From assembly GCF_018350175.1 (NCBI RefSeq), contig NC_058383.1, forward strand, positions 27,902,001 to 27,966,000: a DNA stretch of 64,000 nucleotides. Reading direction: 5' to 3'. Positions within the stretch are counted from its first letter, which is position 1; every line of letters begins with the position of its first letter. Positions 13,288 to 26,009 of the stretch are shown here, in pieces. Position numbers and translations under genes: made by a program. The stretch comes from Felis catus. Taxonomy: Eukaryota. A model generated the notes under the pieces. That model had not been told where the DNA came from and ran no database searches. It saw nothing but the letters and a program-made list of their open reading frames with translations.

Positions 13288-13604
13288 CTCTGGAGTTGGG
13301 CATGGGGGTGACTACAAGAAGATGGGGGCTAGCATCCCCATCCCTGAGGTGCAGAACCACAAGGCCCCTCCAGCGCTGTCATCAGAGTAAAGCCAAGTGA
13401 AGATTCTTGGGAAACAGTACTGTAAACAAAGCATGCAAGAAAAGGATGAAGGGAGCATTGCTCCCCTAAACCCTGTGCCCTCAGAGCTCTTCAGGGATGC
13501 CTGTGACTCTATGGTATAGGAGAAAGCCAGACAAAACTAGGAGGTATCCAGGGAACCATGGAGTTTGGGAGCTTGGAGCCATGGAAGATGGAAATAGCCA
13601 AAGA

Positions 13605-13850
13605 CAATTTTACTTTTAACTTCTTGAGGGCCTCCATACTGTTTTCCACTGTGGTTGTATCAATGTGCATTTCCGTCAACAGAGTATGAGGGTTGCTTTT
13701 TCTCCACATCCTCGCCAGCACTGTTGTTTCTTGTGTTTTTTTATTTTAGCCATTTTGATAGGTGTGAGGTGATATCTTACTGTGGTTTTATAATTTGCAT
13801 TTCCCTGATATAACACTGTATGTCAATTATGCTTCAACTAAAAAAAAAAA
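13605..13850 (+). mobile_element. Short 5'-inverted L1 insertion
   Basis: Antisense ORF2 C-terminal piece 13605-13810, sense L1 3' terminus plus poly(A) 13811-13850, TSD AAA(T/A)AGCCAAAGA at 13592-13604 and 13851-13863. Confidence 0.8.
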
Positions 13851-14419
13851 AAAAAGCCAAAGAGAGGCACAGCTGGCCCTCTCTTCGGGGTCTCAGTGAC
13901 AGGGCACAGGTAATGCTGGAACCAAACCCACCACCAATGACAGAGACACTGCATTTATAAGTCTTGAGCCACAGACAGACCTGGTGTCAGCAAGAGTGAG
14001 ATCAGAAATGCCAACTCCCAGCAACAGCCTTGCCACATTAAGGAAGGGATATGCCTATTTCCTTCTCCCTCCTCCCCCTCAACACACCAAGGAGACAGGT
14101 GGATGTGTGAGAAGCTTAACACCCACCCACCCACCCCCCCCACCCCCCCACCCCCCCACCCCCGCCTCCGTATTCGGGTCCCTGCCACTGGGAAGGGAGA
14201 GAACTTTTCATTGGATCTGAAATTGGAGATTGAAAGTGGCCACGACTGAGATGTTTAATAGCCGAAAGGAATCCGAAACATAAGGGATACGCCACCCAGT
14301 GGGGTAGAGAGATTTAGCACACAGTTGATACTAGGATCAAAAAAAACAAAAAAACCCCAAAACTATCATGTGCGTGTACCCTGTAGAGTTGAAACTTCTT
14401 GCCAAATTACCTCTCATCA

Positions 14420-14590
14420 TATAGAGTATACTAGATGCCTTATATATTTTAGCTCACTTAAACCTCACAACAATCCTTACCCCCCACAATCTAACAGATG
14501 AGAAAACTGAGGCTCAGAGGACACCAGCTGAAAATTCAGCAGAGTGAAGATTCGAACCTAGGTCTGTCCATCTACAAGGCCCCGACTCTA
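14420..14590 (-). mobile_element. MIR SINE
   Basis: ACAGATGAGAAAACTGAGGCTCAGAG...GATTCGAACCTAGGTCTGTC. Confidence 0.75.
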
Positions 14591-15229
14591 TCCCCCAACA
14601 GCGTGCTGTTTCCTCCACTCCATTTGCCCCCGCCTCACTTCCCAGATGTCCCCGGGGCCTCCTCAATTCCTGTTTTAGGCCATAGCCCCTGCCTATTAAA
14701 TGGCACGCGGCCTCTGTGGAAGAAGATTCTAATTGTGCCTGACCACAGGGTCTGCAGGGAGTTAATAAATTATTACAAGAGAATATTTGCACTGAAGGCC
14801 TTATTGACTGGAGTCCATTTCCCAAGCTCGCATATTTTTTTCCCCAGCAACTGTTGCAAAGCAAGGGCAAGTGCAAATCTTGATGCTTCATCTTTAGAAT
14901 CCCTTGCAAACCGCCAAGGATACATCTTCAAAGCCTGCCTCCCAGTCAAGGCCATCACAAAGGACACTCCCGTGGAAAGAGAAAAGACTTGTTTTAGGGG
15001 GCCTTGGGCTTCCACAGAAAAGGCGCTTCAGTTCCATTCTCTGTGGGATTTCAAATGAGTATCATTTTTCTCCCTCCCAGCCTAATCTTCATCCCCACAG
15101 CTGATTATCTGCAGTATGGCAACACAGAATAAATAGAAACAACCCACAGGACCACCAACAGGGAAATGGCTGAATAAACCATGACATGTCCACCCCACAG
15201 AATGCTATAAAATCATTATAAAAGAATTC

Positions 15230-15463
15230 GGGGACAGCCTGAGTGGCTCAGTCGGTTAAGCGTCCGACTTCAGCTCACGTCATGACCTCACGATTTGTGG
15301 GCTCGAGCCCCACATCCGGCTCTGTGCTGGCAGCTCAGAGCCTGGAGCTTGTTTCAGATCTGTGTCTCCCTCTCTCTCTCTCTCTCTGCCCCTCCACTGC
15401 TCAGACTCTATCTCCCTCTCTCAAAAATAAGTAAACATTAAAAAAAATTCATATAAAAAAAAA
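15230..15463 (+). mobile_element. Can-SINE
   Basis: tRNA-derived head GTGGCTCAGTCGGTTAAGCGTCCGACT, (CT)n, AATAA-type tail. Confidence 0.95.
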
Positions 15464-15472
15464 AAAGAATCC

Positions 15473-15690
15473 GGGGGGGTGCCTGGATGGCTCAGTTGGT
15501 TGAGTGTCTGACTTCAGCTCAGGTCATGATCTCACGGTTCATGAATTCAACCCCTCGTTGGGCTCTGTGCTGACAGCTCAGAGCCTGGAGCCTGCTTCAG
15601 ATGCTGTGTCTCCCTCTCTCTCTACCCCTTCCCCATTCATATATTCTCTCTCTCTCTTAAAAATAAATAAAACATTAAAAAAAATTTTTT
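15473..15690 (+). mobile_element. Can-SINE (tandem with previous copy)
   Basis: GGGGTGCCTGGATGGCTCAG head, (CT)n, A-rich tail; shares AAGAAT(T/C)C target motif. Confidence 0.95.
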
Positions 15691-16009
15691 AAGAATTCAG
15701 AAGATCTCAATGCCCCCAATATGGAATAGTCTCCAATTTACATTACATTTAAATGAAATGAGCAAGAAACGAATATATGATTTTACACAGGGGGGAGATG
15801 AGAAGGTACAGTCGTTTATATTAGCAAGATAAAACAACAGAAAGATAAGCCAGCAGGCAATGGTCCCCCTGGCAGGGGGCGGGGGAAGAGTAATAGGAAT
15901 GGAATGGCATTCTTGGGGGGCAAAGAATAGGGGAGTACCAAGAAAGGAGGTGCACCCTGCCAGAAGCAAAAGGTGCACTATGTGTAGGGAATTTTAAATA
16001 CAATAATAA

Positions 16010-16282
16010 AACTAAGTACTAAATGCAATGTGGTGTCCTAAATTAGATGCTGGGCCAAAAAAAAGAAAAAGGACAAGTGGAAAAACTGGTAAAATGTGAA
16101 TAAAGTCTCAACAGTGCAGTGGTATTCGACAGTATTCTATCAGTTACTTCCTTGGCTTTGACAAATGTATCTGGTTGTGGAAGATGCTCATCACATGGGA
16201 AAGTGAACGGAGGGTAAATATGGGAATTCTCTGTGCCATCTTTATGGCTTTGGTACAAATCTAAAATTATTCCAGAATAAAG
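16010..16282 (+). mobile_element. Old L1M (L1MC-like) 3'UTR fragment
   Basis: AAATGCAATGTGGTGTCCT...AAATCTAAAATTATTCCAGAATAAA; homologous to 51800-52035. Confidence 0.6.
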
Positions 16283-16586
16283 ATGAGACATGAGATATGC
16301 TGAATGGTGTGTGAGTGAATAAGCGTTAGGAAATGAGAGGGGAGGAAGCAACTCCAGGCTGTCTGCTTGCTGTGACCACTATGTCCTGGCAACAGCAAAC
16401 AGTATCCCTGACCCAACGCTCTGCTCCTGCCCAAGCCACCTCTCACCCCGCACTCCTGCCCAAGCTCTAAGGACACCTTTAAAATACCATTCTTAGTTTG
16501 GAAAGAGATAAATATTTTATGTGTGCAAAACTAAAACAAACTTTAAAAATGGAAAGGAAAGAGACATCAAACCAGACACAAATAAC

Positions 16587-16651
16587 ACATGGTTTGTTAG
16601 TTCGAGCCCTGTATTGGGCTCTCAGCTGTCAGGGCAGAGCATGCTTCGGAT

Positions 16652-16691
<40 letters not shown>

Positions 16692-16701
16692 CATCCCCCA
16701 C

Positions 16702-16750
<49 letters not shown>

Positions 16751-16786
16751 AATAAATAAACATTAAAAACAAAAACAAAACAAAAC
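16587..16786 (+). mobile_element. 5'-truncated Can-SINE
   Basis: Starts at the B-box region GTTCGAGCCC; two long (CT)n tracts; A-rich tail. Confidence 0.9.
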
Positions 16787-16787
16787 T

Positions 16788-17087
16788 AGCTGCCATGCTG
16801 GGAAAAGCCCAAGCCACATAGAGAAGACCCATGGAGGAGAACTGAGGCAGTCCAGCTAAGCTCCCAGTCAACAGCCAGCACCAATTTGCAGCCATGTGAG
16901 CAAGCCATGTCAGATGCTCCAGCCGAGTGGTGCTCCCACACGACTGCAGCTCTAGCTAATGCCACACGGAGCAGAACATTTGCCAGCTGAGCCTAGCCAA
17001 CCTCCAGAATTATAGCAGTAATAAATTAGTCTCAACCCTCTAAGTTTGGGGTTGGTTGGTTTATATGCAGCAATCGATAACTGACAC
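16788..17087 (+). mobile_element. MLT1 LTR, 3' half
   Basis: GGAGAACTGAGG...CAGCCATGTGAG...TAAGTTTGGGGTTGGTT...TATGCAGCAATCGATAACTGACA. Confidence 0.75.
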
Positions 17088-18449
17088 ACTCAATCTAATA
17101 ACTACCAAGTCTCCTTGATTCCAGTCGCCTTGATGTAGTAATGAGCCTACATTAAACGCACGTTGCAAATGAAAAATACATCCTGATTTTAGAAACCTTA
17201 AAACTCCACTCAGTGTATGTCTTAGAATCAAGAATATGGCCACTAGATGACACATACATACACTCCAAGTTCTGTAGCCTCTAGATTCCCACATTTACTT
17301 CAATTACATGCAGATAACAGAATCTTCAAATAACTCAGGTTGTATCTGGCTTATCACCTGGTTTGTTCCTAAATTTATGGGTTCTCCACAGTGAGCAGAG
17401 GACACGCCCCTCTCTCTCTCCCCTCTCAGGGCATATTTCAATAACACTCCTTTTTGATGAGCTAATACAAGACACAGAAGCTTTCCTAAAACTCAATTTA
17501 TGGAAGTCAGCGGAGACCACAGTTTGGATTGAAACTCCCAATCTTGCCTAATTAATGACACATAATATTGCCCCCGTTCCCCTAACTTGAAAGCAGCCTC
17601 TAAACCTTGACGTGTTTTCCCAATGATAGAACGCAACCGATGAATTAATGTCCTAAGGGACCATGGCGGGAATAAAGGGAAAGCCACGAAAGATAGATGA
17701 TGTCTCAACTAATTTTATGATTTATCGATCTCCACTTTGCTCATTTTGCAATGTGGGAGAGCTCATTTTTCTGCCAGGCCCACGGTGGTGTCACCCTCGC
17801 GAATAGATATGATTACCATCCCCAAAACTGTGTTTGTGAAAATAAGAAGTGTGGCTTCTCTCTGCTGCTGACCTCAGCAGTTTTCTTTTATTATGTGTGC
17901 CAGACCTGCCAAGAACCTAAATTGATGCACTTATCCGGGGACTCTGTTGGACGGTCACAAGCACTTTTCTTCATTTTTCTTCCAAACAAGTTCATCTTTA
18001 AGCAAGTACAGATTCATGGTTTAAATTACTGAGTTGACACATCATCTGTTTTCAGTGTGTGTAACCTCACAAGGAGGATCCTTTGTGTGGCAGGAGAGCG
18101 GGAAAGAGGAGAGATGTGTCACCGCTAACCATTTTTGGCCCATGTGCCAACTTGAGTTTAAAGATGTATTTGTCGGGAAACAAAACAAACGGATTTGGGC
18201 GGTTGGACAATTCTATTCAGCAAACACTGATTGGGTAAAGGTATTGCGCTAACTGTTCTGAGGGTGGTCAGTCCTTCAAGAAATCTTCGTCTGGCACCTA
18301 CTTATGCTAAGTGCTGGCTGGGGTCACACAGTGAACAAAATGGACATGGTCTCTTTCCTCATGGAAAAAGTGCCTCAAGAAGAAAATAAAGAATGTCAAA
18401 AGCAATGACTGGGAAGAAAGTAGAATAGCATGGACTCATCAACCACGCC

Positions 18450-18842
18450 ACTACAGTGCTGTGTAGCACCCAGCCAGTGGCTTACCATCATGGGCATTTA
18501 GATCTTGCTCACGGATCCATGGTTTGGCTTGGGTTTGGCTGAGCAAGGCAGGGCTTGGATCCCAGCCATTGGTTCAGATCAGGTACATTTCATGTGTCTC
18601 TTCTGTGACCAGCAGGTTACTCAAGTCACGTTACTCTTGCGGCCATGGTTAAAGGGAATCATGCAAGCCCAACAACTCAGCCACATTTCAAACCTCTGCT
18701 CATGTCAGGCCCACTAATATCCTATTGGCCAAAGTAAGTCAGAGCCAAGCCCAAAATCATGGGGTAAGGAAGTAAACTCTAGCCACACCTGGAAGGGGAA
18801 GGGAATAAACATCTGCTGGACAATAATCCAAACTATCCCACA
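18450..18842 (-). mobile_element. MLT1 LTR (older subfamily)
   Basis: ACATTTCAAACCTCTGCT...CTATTGGCCAAAGTAAGTCA...GCCCAAAATCATGGGG. Confidence 0.6.
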
Positions 18843-18873
18843 GAAGGATGTGATTAAAAATGGGCCCATTTTA

Positions 18874-19083
18874 GGGGTGCCTGGGTGGCTCAGTCGGTTA
18901 AGCGTCCGACTTCAGCTCAGGTCACGATCTCACGGTCCATGAGTTCGAGCCCCGCGTCGGGCTCTGCGCTGATGGCTCAGAGCCTGGAGCCTGCTTCCGA
19001 TTCTGTGTCTCCCTCTCTCTCTGCCCTTCCCCCGTTCATGCTCTGTCTCTCTCTGTCTCAAAAATAAATAAACGTTAAAAAAA
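18874..19083 (+). mobile_element. Young felid Can-SINE
   Basis: CpG-rich near-consensus body; TSD AAAAATG(G/A)GCCCAT at 18856 and 19084. Confidence 0.97.
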
Positions 19084-19457
19084 AAAAATGAGCCCATAAA
19101 CGAAGCACTAAGGAAACAAAAAGAGAGCTGGGAACTTTGAAGGTGTCTAGAAAACTTCAGTGCAGAGGTAACATTTGAGCTGGGCCTCAAATGAGTCATC
19201 TCAAAATGGCACCGTGCTGCAAAGCAAGGAACATCTCAGTCAGATAGACTGGGTGTCACAAAGCCACATCTATGATAAACACACCGGAAGGTACATTAGT
19301 CAAGCAGAGGGAGAACAGGTTCCCATGAAGACATGTGTTGGTGGTTTAAGAGTACAGGCTCCAATGTGCTTGGGCTGACACAGACAGTAGAAGGAGGCCA
19401 CCAGGCATCAGGTGGGAAGGAGGTAGGTACTGTTCTGCATGCTATTCAAAGAGGTCT

Positions 19458-20353
19458 GGTATTATTTCACACCTGTTAGAACTGCCATGATCAACAGCAC
19501 AAGAGATTACAAATGCTGATGAGGATGGAGAGAAAGGGGAACCCTTGTGCACTGTTGGTGAGGACATAAATTGGTGCAGCCACTATGGAAAACAGTATGG
19601 AGTTTCCTCAAAAATTAAAAAAGAGAACTTCCCTATGATCCAGCAATTCGACTCCTGGGTATTTATCCAAAGAACATGAAAACAGGATCTCAAAGAGCTA
19701 TCTGCACCCGCATGTTCATGGCGGTGTTATTCACAATAGCCAAGACATGGAAACAATATCAGTGTTCCACAACGGATGAATGGATAAAGGAAATGCCCCC
19801 CCCCCAACACACACACACAGAGTAATATTACACAGCCATAAAAAGAAGGAAATCCTTCCACTTGTGACAACATTGATGAACCTGGGGGACCTCATGCTCA
19901 GCGAATAAGCCAGATCCAGAAAGACAAACACCGTATGATCTCACTTATCAGTAGAACAGAAAAAAGCCAAACTCATAGAAACAAAGTAGCATGGTGGTTG
20001 CCAAGGGCAGGGAAATGTTGGTCAAAAAGAACAAACCTCCAGTTATGAGATAAATAAATTCTGGGGATCCAATGCACAGCATGGTGACTACAGTCAACAG
20101 TACTGTATTGTATATTTGAAAGTTACTATGAGAGTAGATGTGAAAAGTTCTCAACATACACCCACCAGCGCGGGCGCGCGCACGCACACACACACACACA
20201 CACGGTAACTATCCGAGATTATGGAGGTGCTGACCATCCTTACTTACTGTGGTAATCATTTAACTATACATGTATATCAAATCCAACCATCATGCTGTAT
20301 GTCTTACACTTACACGATGTTATATGTCGATTATGTATCTCAATAAAGCTGGG
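19458..20353 (+). mobile_element. L1MA/MB-type 3' fragment
   Basis: ORF2 C-terminal DNA (GCAGCCACTATGGAAAACAGTATGG) followed by 3'UTR ending TATCTCAATAAAGCTGG. Confidence 0.85.
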
Positions 20354-21454
20354 TGGGGGAGGAGATCTGTGATTCAGGACACCCAAAGCGATCCTCCTGA
20401 TTTGCCACGATTCTGCAAAAGGGGGACTGGAGATTTGGGGGAGTCAGTCCAGCAAAGATAAAGCCTTAGAACTGAAGACCTGAAGGCACAGACCCATCTC
20501 TGCCCCCAACTAGTTCAGTGATTTCTTTGATCTTCAGTTTGCTCATATGCAACATGACAGGAGTTGAAAACATAAGCAGATATATGCACCACAATAATAT
20601 GATGCTTTATAGGCATTGAATACTTAATGAACAAACAAATGAATATTTAATGCAACATTATTTATAATTATAAAATCATAGAAATTGCCCAATTTCTATA
20701 TTATAGAAATATAAATATATTTACAATTAACATAGAAAATTTTACATAGCTACATCATATGCCAAGATATGGACCTACCATAAGTTACTTAATGTGGAAA
20801 ATACAGAAAGATGCAAGATGAAAATAAAACTCACCACCCCCTCTCCTCCAAGAGATAGCCTCTATTAACACTTCGGAGGATGCCCTTCCATTCCGTGTGG
20901 TATTTTTTGAGTGTGTGGGCATCAGGCACACATGTGTAGTTATCTAACACAACTAAAAGTGTATATAATTTATGAATTTGGATCCTGCTTTTTCCCCTCT
21001 TAATATTATTTCGAGGTGTTTTCCCAAATCAATAGATTTTCACAAAAAGGTTTAATGATGTCAGAAATTGGTACTGGTTTTGTGAGGGTGGAAAACTAGA
21101 AAACAAAATTACATATTCAACATGATTTCAATTTCATAACATTTCAGAGAGACAGGTATGTATGTGCTTTGTGCGTGTCTGTATGAATGAATGTAAGGAA
21201 ATATACCCAATGGTGATGATGGTTGTCTTTGGGTTGTGGAGTTACGGTTCCTGTCTCCAGCAACTGGTCTCATTTCTCCCATCTCCACCTGTGCACATAC
21301 GAACACACATACACACCCAACTGTATGCACCCGCCAGGACTTTGCTCATGCTGTTCCTTCTGCCTGGAATGTCTTTCCCTCATTTCTACCTATTTAAATT
21401 CTTCACATCTCCAAAACCCCCTTCCAAGAAGCCTTTTGAAAAACCACTATGTGA

Positions 21455-21680
21455 ATAAACAAGAGCTTTGTTCAGACAAATTCTGTCTCATTCCAGGTCC
21501 TGCTCCTTACTGGTTGTGTCACCTTGGGCAAGTCAAATCATTCTTCTGATCCCAATTTTCTCATCGGTAAAATCCTATTACAATAGCTGCCTCAAAGGGC
21601 TGCTATAAGGATTAAAGGAGAGACTGTATTTCAAAGATCTGCCAAAAAGTAGTCAAATTCATTTCAGTAAATGTCAACAA
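21455..21680 (+). mobile_element. MIR SINE
   Basis: CCTTGGGCAAGTCA...TTTCTCATCGGTAAAAT...CCTCAAAGGGCTGCTATAAGGATTAAA. Confidence 0.7.
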
Positions 21681-21799
21681 ATGTCAGGTCCCATGTCCTT
21701 CCTCCTAGTGTCAGATCTCCACCCCATTTTCTGGGTAGCATTTTGCCTATACAGTCACTATATTCTGCCAAAGTTTACCTTTAAGTCTCCTGGAGTCAA

Positions 21800-22035
21800 G
21801 GATGATGCAGTTGCTGAAAATATCACCTCCAAATTAGTCAGAGTTGGCTTGCATCCCAGGTCTGAATCTCCTACTTGTGTGAGCTCAAGCAAATCATTTC
21901 ACCTCTCTGAGCCTCGGTTTTCCCATGTGAAAAAGGGGCTTAAGGTTTGATGCTGGGAGGGTTCCGGGGATCATGTACAGAAAGCTCTTAGAACAGTGTG
22001 TGACACATAGGAAGTGCTAGAAGGGTTTGTAATTG
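21800..22035 (+). mobile_element. MIR SINE
   Basis: CACCTCTCTGAGCCTCGGTTTTCCCATGTGAAAA...AAAGCTCTTAGAACAGTG. Confidence 0.7.
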
Positions 22036-23474
22036 CTGTCTCAAGGGGTCACCATGAAGGTTGAGTGGGCTTATGTCGGCAAAGCCCACATCCAGAGTCC
22101 TGGCAGGCACATGGCAAGCCCTCCATAAATATGAGTAGTATAATCCAGTGTTTGGTAAACAAATTCAACACCCCTTTCCCCATCCCTTGAGCAACTGTAC
22201 GGATATTAGTCAATCCCTCTGAAACCAAGAAGGCCTGTTCTCTCCAATTCACTGGGGTCCCCCTGAGCTAATCAAACCATTCTCCCCTTCCCCCAAGCCT
22301 ATCCTCCATGGGAAGACTCCTGGAGCCAAGTGGGATGGTCCTCCCACACCACAAGGGCCCCAGGGCCAGGTATCTAACGTCTGCTAATTGGGAGCCAAGC
22401 AGCAAGTGGCACTGGAGGACATCCACCAGGCTTACTGCACTTCCTTCCCCCAAAAAGGAACCCCACGGTTCTGCCCAGCCCGCTCCTCTCATCGACCAGC
22501 TAATGGGGTTACAAGATTCCACTCCCCAGGAAGCTGGCTTTAATAACGGGATGCCAAGGAAAGGACGGCGCTTGCAGGGAGAGGGAGGGAGGGCAGGTGA
22601 GGGTATGAATCCACAGCTGAGTGACACATCCTATATGAAGTTGATTCATGTCGGAGCAAATCTGGGCAGGGACCAGCTGATTCTGGAGGTGAAGTTATTG
22701 CTCTGCCAGTTTAATATTTCGCCATCTGCTAACTGAAGGCTCCACTGCCTGCTGGGTCCTATAAAGACTTTTATTTATTACATTACACATGGCAACATCT
22801 GCCACCGGATGAGGCTGTACTCGGCGCCCTAATTAAACAAACACACACTCCTCCACGGCAGAGGGCTGGGTCTCACTGTGAATGAGCAGAACTGCTGCGG
22901 ACAGTTAAAACTTGGCGTGTCCCAGCACGAAGAGTTTTCCTGAGAAAAGAGAGCAGGCAGGACATTCCAGTACCCCCCCCCCCCAATAAATCTATAAAGA
23001 TTTATGGCCAATTAAAAGCAGGCTGGAAAAAAAAACAAAAACGCTTTTAAAAGATAGGCTGGGTTTTAATCCTCTCCCTCCTGCCTCACTCCCCAACAGA
23101 GCTTAGATTTTAGAAGTCGGTTTGCTTTTCCTACCGGGTGGTCCCCAGCCACAAGACCTTTAAATCACCCTGTGGCCCTCAAGAATGCTAACTGTCCGTG
23201 CTGAAGCAGGAGGCCCAACAGACAGAAAAATGAGTCGGAGGGGATCCCCTTCATGCCTTCACCCATGCACTCATTCAGTAAATATTGAATCCATTAGGTG
23301 AGCTGGTGAATGAGGTCGGCTACATTTGTGTCTCCATAAAACACACGTTTGACTGGTGTCCTCAAATGGACAAATAAACCAGACGGTTATAGACCATGGT
23401 GAGCGCCCGGACAGAAATAAAGTGGGTGATGCGTTAGAGAGTGCCGGGCACCAGGATGGTTCATGGCAGCACTA

Positions 23475-23956
23475 CTGCCCTCTGGCTGCTGTAACAAATG
23501 GTCACCAACTTAGTGCCTTAGAACAATACAGATTTATGATCTTACAGCTCTGTGGTTCAGAATTCTGACACAGGTCAAAATGAGGGTGTTGGCACAGCTG
23601 GGTTCCTGCTGGAGGCACTACGAGAGGCTGCATTCCCCTGCCTTTCCCAGCTTTCAAAGGCCACCTGCATTCCTTGGCTCATGGCCTCTTCCTCCGCCTT
23701 CAAAGGCCACCCTGTTTCCCTTGTCACATTTCTTTCTCTGACTCTCCTCTTCTGCCTCTTCTTCCACTTTTAAGGACTCTTATGATTCTATTCACCTCTT
23801 GCAGATATCCCAGGACAGTATCTCTGGTGTAGAGAGATGAGTAACCTTGATTCTATCTGCAATCCTGATTTCCCTTGGCCATGTAACCTAACATATTCAT
23901 AGGTTCTAGGGGTTCAAATGTGGACATCCAGCAAAGGGGGTTATCCTGCCTGCCAT
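23475..23956 (-). mobile_element. MLT1C/D-like solo LTR
   Basis: GGCTGCTGTAACAAAT...GGCCACCTGCATTCCTTGGCTCATGGCC...CATATTCATAGGTTCTAGGG. Confidence 0.8.
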
Positions 23957-23979
23957 GATGGGCAGGGGGCTATTTTAAA

Positions 23980-24209
23980 TTTCTCTAATGTTTATTTAGT
24001 TTTGAGAGAGAAAGAGAGAGGGAGAGAGAGAGAGCAAAAGTGGGGGAGGGGAGGAAAGAGAGAGGAAGACACCGAATCTGAAGCAGGTTCCAGGTTACGA
24101 GCTGTCAGCACAGAGTCCAACATGGGGCTCAAAATCACAAACTGTGAAACTGAGAGTATGATCAGAGTCGAAGTCAGATGCTTAACAGACTGAACCACCC
24201 AGGAGCTCC
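23980..24209 (-). mobile_element. Can-SINE
   Basis: T-rich tail, (GA)n, ends GACTGAACCACCCAGGAGCTCC. Confidence 0.92.
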
Positions 24210-24989
24210 ACCGGGGGCTGGCTATTTTGTATACAATGGGCCTTAAGAGGGCTTCTCTGAGATGTAACAATGAGAAAAGGTTGCAAGTAGAAGGAAAAGG
24301 AAGTGCAGAGATCCAGTGGCAGGAAAGAACCAAGCGCTAAGTAGTGTGAATGGGAAGCTAGCTGTGGGCTTGAGGTAGTCACACGGAGTTGTGGGCAAGG
24401 GACAGATGGTCCAGATGAAGCTGAAGAGGAAGAAGTGGGTCAGATCATGCAGAGTCTTACATACCTTACACAGGTAGCCTGGTGCAATGAGTGACAGACA
24501 TTGGAAGGGAACTTAACTTCCACTGAGCACGATTGTTAACAGACCCTGTGCCAGAACCTTTAGATATATTATCTTGTTTAATTCTACACGTCCATAAAAT
24601 GTGCTTTGCCATTCCCGTCTTCAGGCAGGATGAGGAAGCAGTGACTTACAAAACTAAGTGGGAGAGACAGGACTCAGCCCTGTCTGACTGACTGCTGATC
24701 TGACTCCAAAGCCTATGCCCTTCTCCCCAGAGGCTGATATCCAAAGGCTTCTGCCTTCTACACATTTGCGACTGGGATGCCACATCACTCTATCTCCCTC
24801 TTCCTCCTTCCACATGACAGACCGCACAACCCAAAAATGACATGCCGTCAAAGAGCCCACCTAACTTGTGTTGGGCTTGTTGCTGCTTTGTCAAGAGAGA
24901 TGCATTAAATTCCTCGTTTTCCCCACAGAGGTTGGCTCGTTGAGGAAATAGAGATTTTTGCACTCTCCCAATCCCACCAGGGAGGATGT

Positions 24990-25496
24990 AAGTTGGGACA
25001 CTTGGCTGAGTGGCTGGAACAAGTGACCCTAAGACTAAATGGCTCAAACAGGGTAGAGACCATTTTCTCCTCTACACATTGGTCCAGAGGTAAATACTCT
25101 GGGACTGCCGTGGTTCTTCTGCCCTTGGCCATCAGCCATGGGCCCAGGCGCCTTCTATCTTCTTGTTCTTCTTTCTTCCAGATTACTGTCCTCATCCACA
25201 CGGTTGAATGAAGCAGGCTTACCAGAACCCCAGTGAATTCCCACCTGTAGGAAGATGCTAGAGAGGAGGGAATGCAATCATTTTCCTTTCAAAGATGTGA
25301 CCTGAAGCTGCACACATCACTTCTGCTTACATCCCATTGGCCATTACTTAGTTACACGTCCACACAGTTGCAAGCAAAGTCGGGAAACATAGTCTCTAGC
25401 TGGATGGTCATGCACTCAGGTAGAGCTTGTGAGGTTGTGTTATGAACAGGAAAAACAGAAAATAAGTGTCAGGGTATAATTAGCACTCTCTACCAC
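24990..25496 (-). mobile_element. MLT1J-like LTR
   Basis: CACATCACTTCTGCTTACATCCCATTGGCCA...TGCAAGCAAAGTCGGGAAACATAGTC. Confidence 0.55.
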
Positions 25497-26009
25497 AAAG
25501 GATGACTGCTCTTTTTGTTGACCTAAAGTCTAGCCCTTCCTTTTCCACTGCATATTGCTTTAAAAAAAAAAAATTAAGGCAATAAATGCCTATTGTCCAC
25601 AAAAAGGAACCAAATTAATTTCTTTTTTTTTTTTTTCCAGAGACTTAAATAAAAATGGCCTGGCCATGTGATGATCTTCCTAATCTCCTGTCCCTGGAAG
25701 AGGCACAGGAGTGGTAGCTGGATACACAAACCTGACCTGGAACAAGACCCCTTAAGGGGAGAGTCTTTGGAACAGAAAGCTCTATGCATGAAAGAAAGTG
25801 GAACAAAGGGCTGTAGCTGGGGGTGCGGGTGAGTCCAAGGCAGACCTGAGGATGAAGAGAGAGGAGGCTACACTGCAGGGCAGTTTCACAGTGACAGAGC
25901 TGCGTTCAGCAGCGCCATCTGTGGCAAGGAGGAGCAATAACAGGCTAACGAATCCCAGAAGGGTTTCCCTACCTGAGGACTTCTTTTCTTGACAATGTAA
26001 GAACCCCGG

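Noticed and set aside
14121..14166. C-run tract (G-quadruplex potential on minus strand)
   Set aside because: Low-complexity tract with no context suggesting function.
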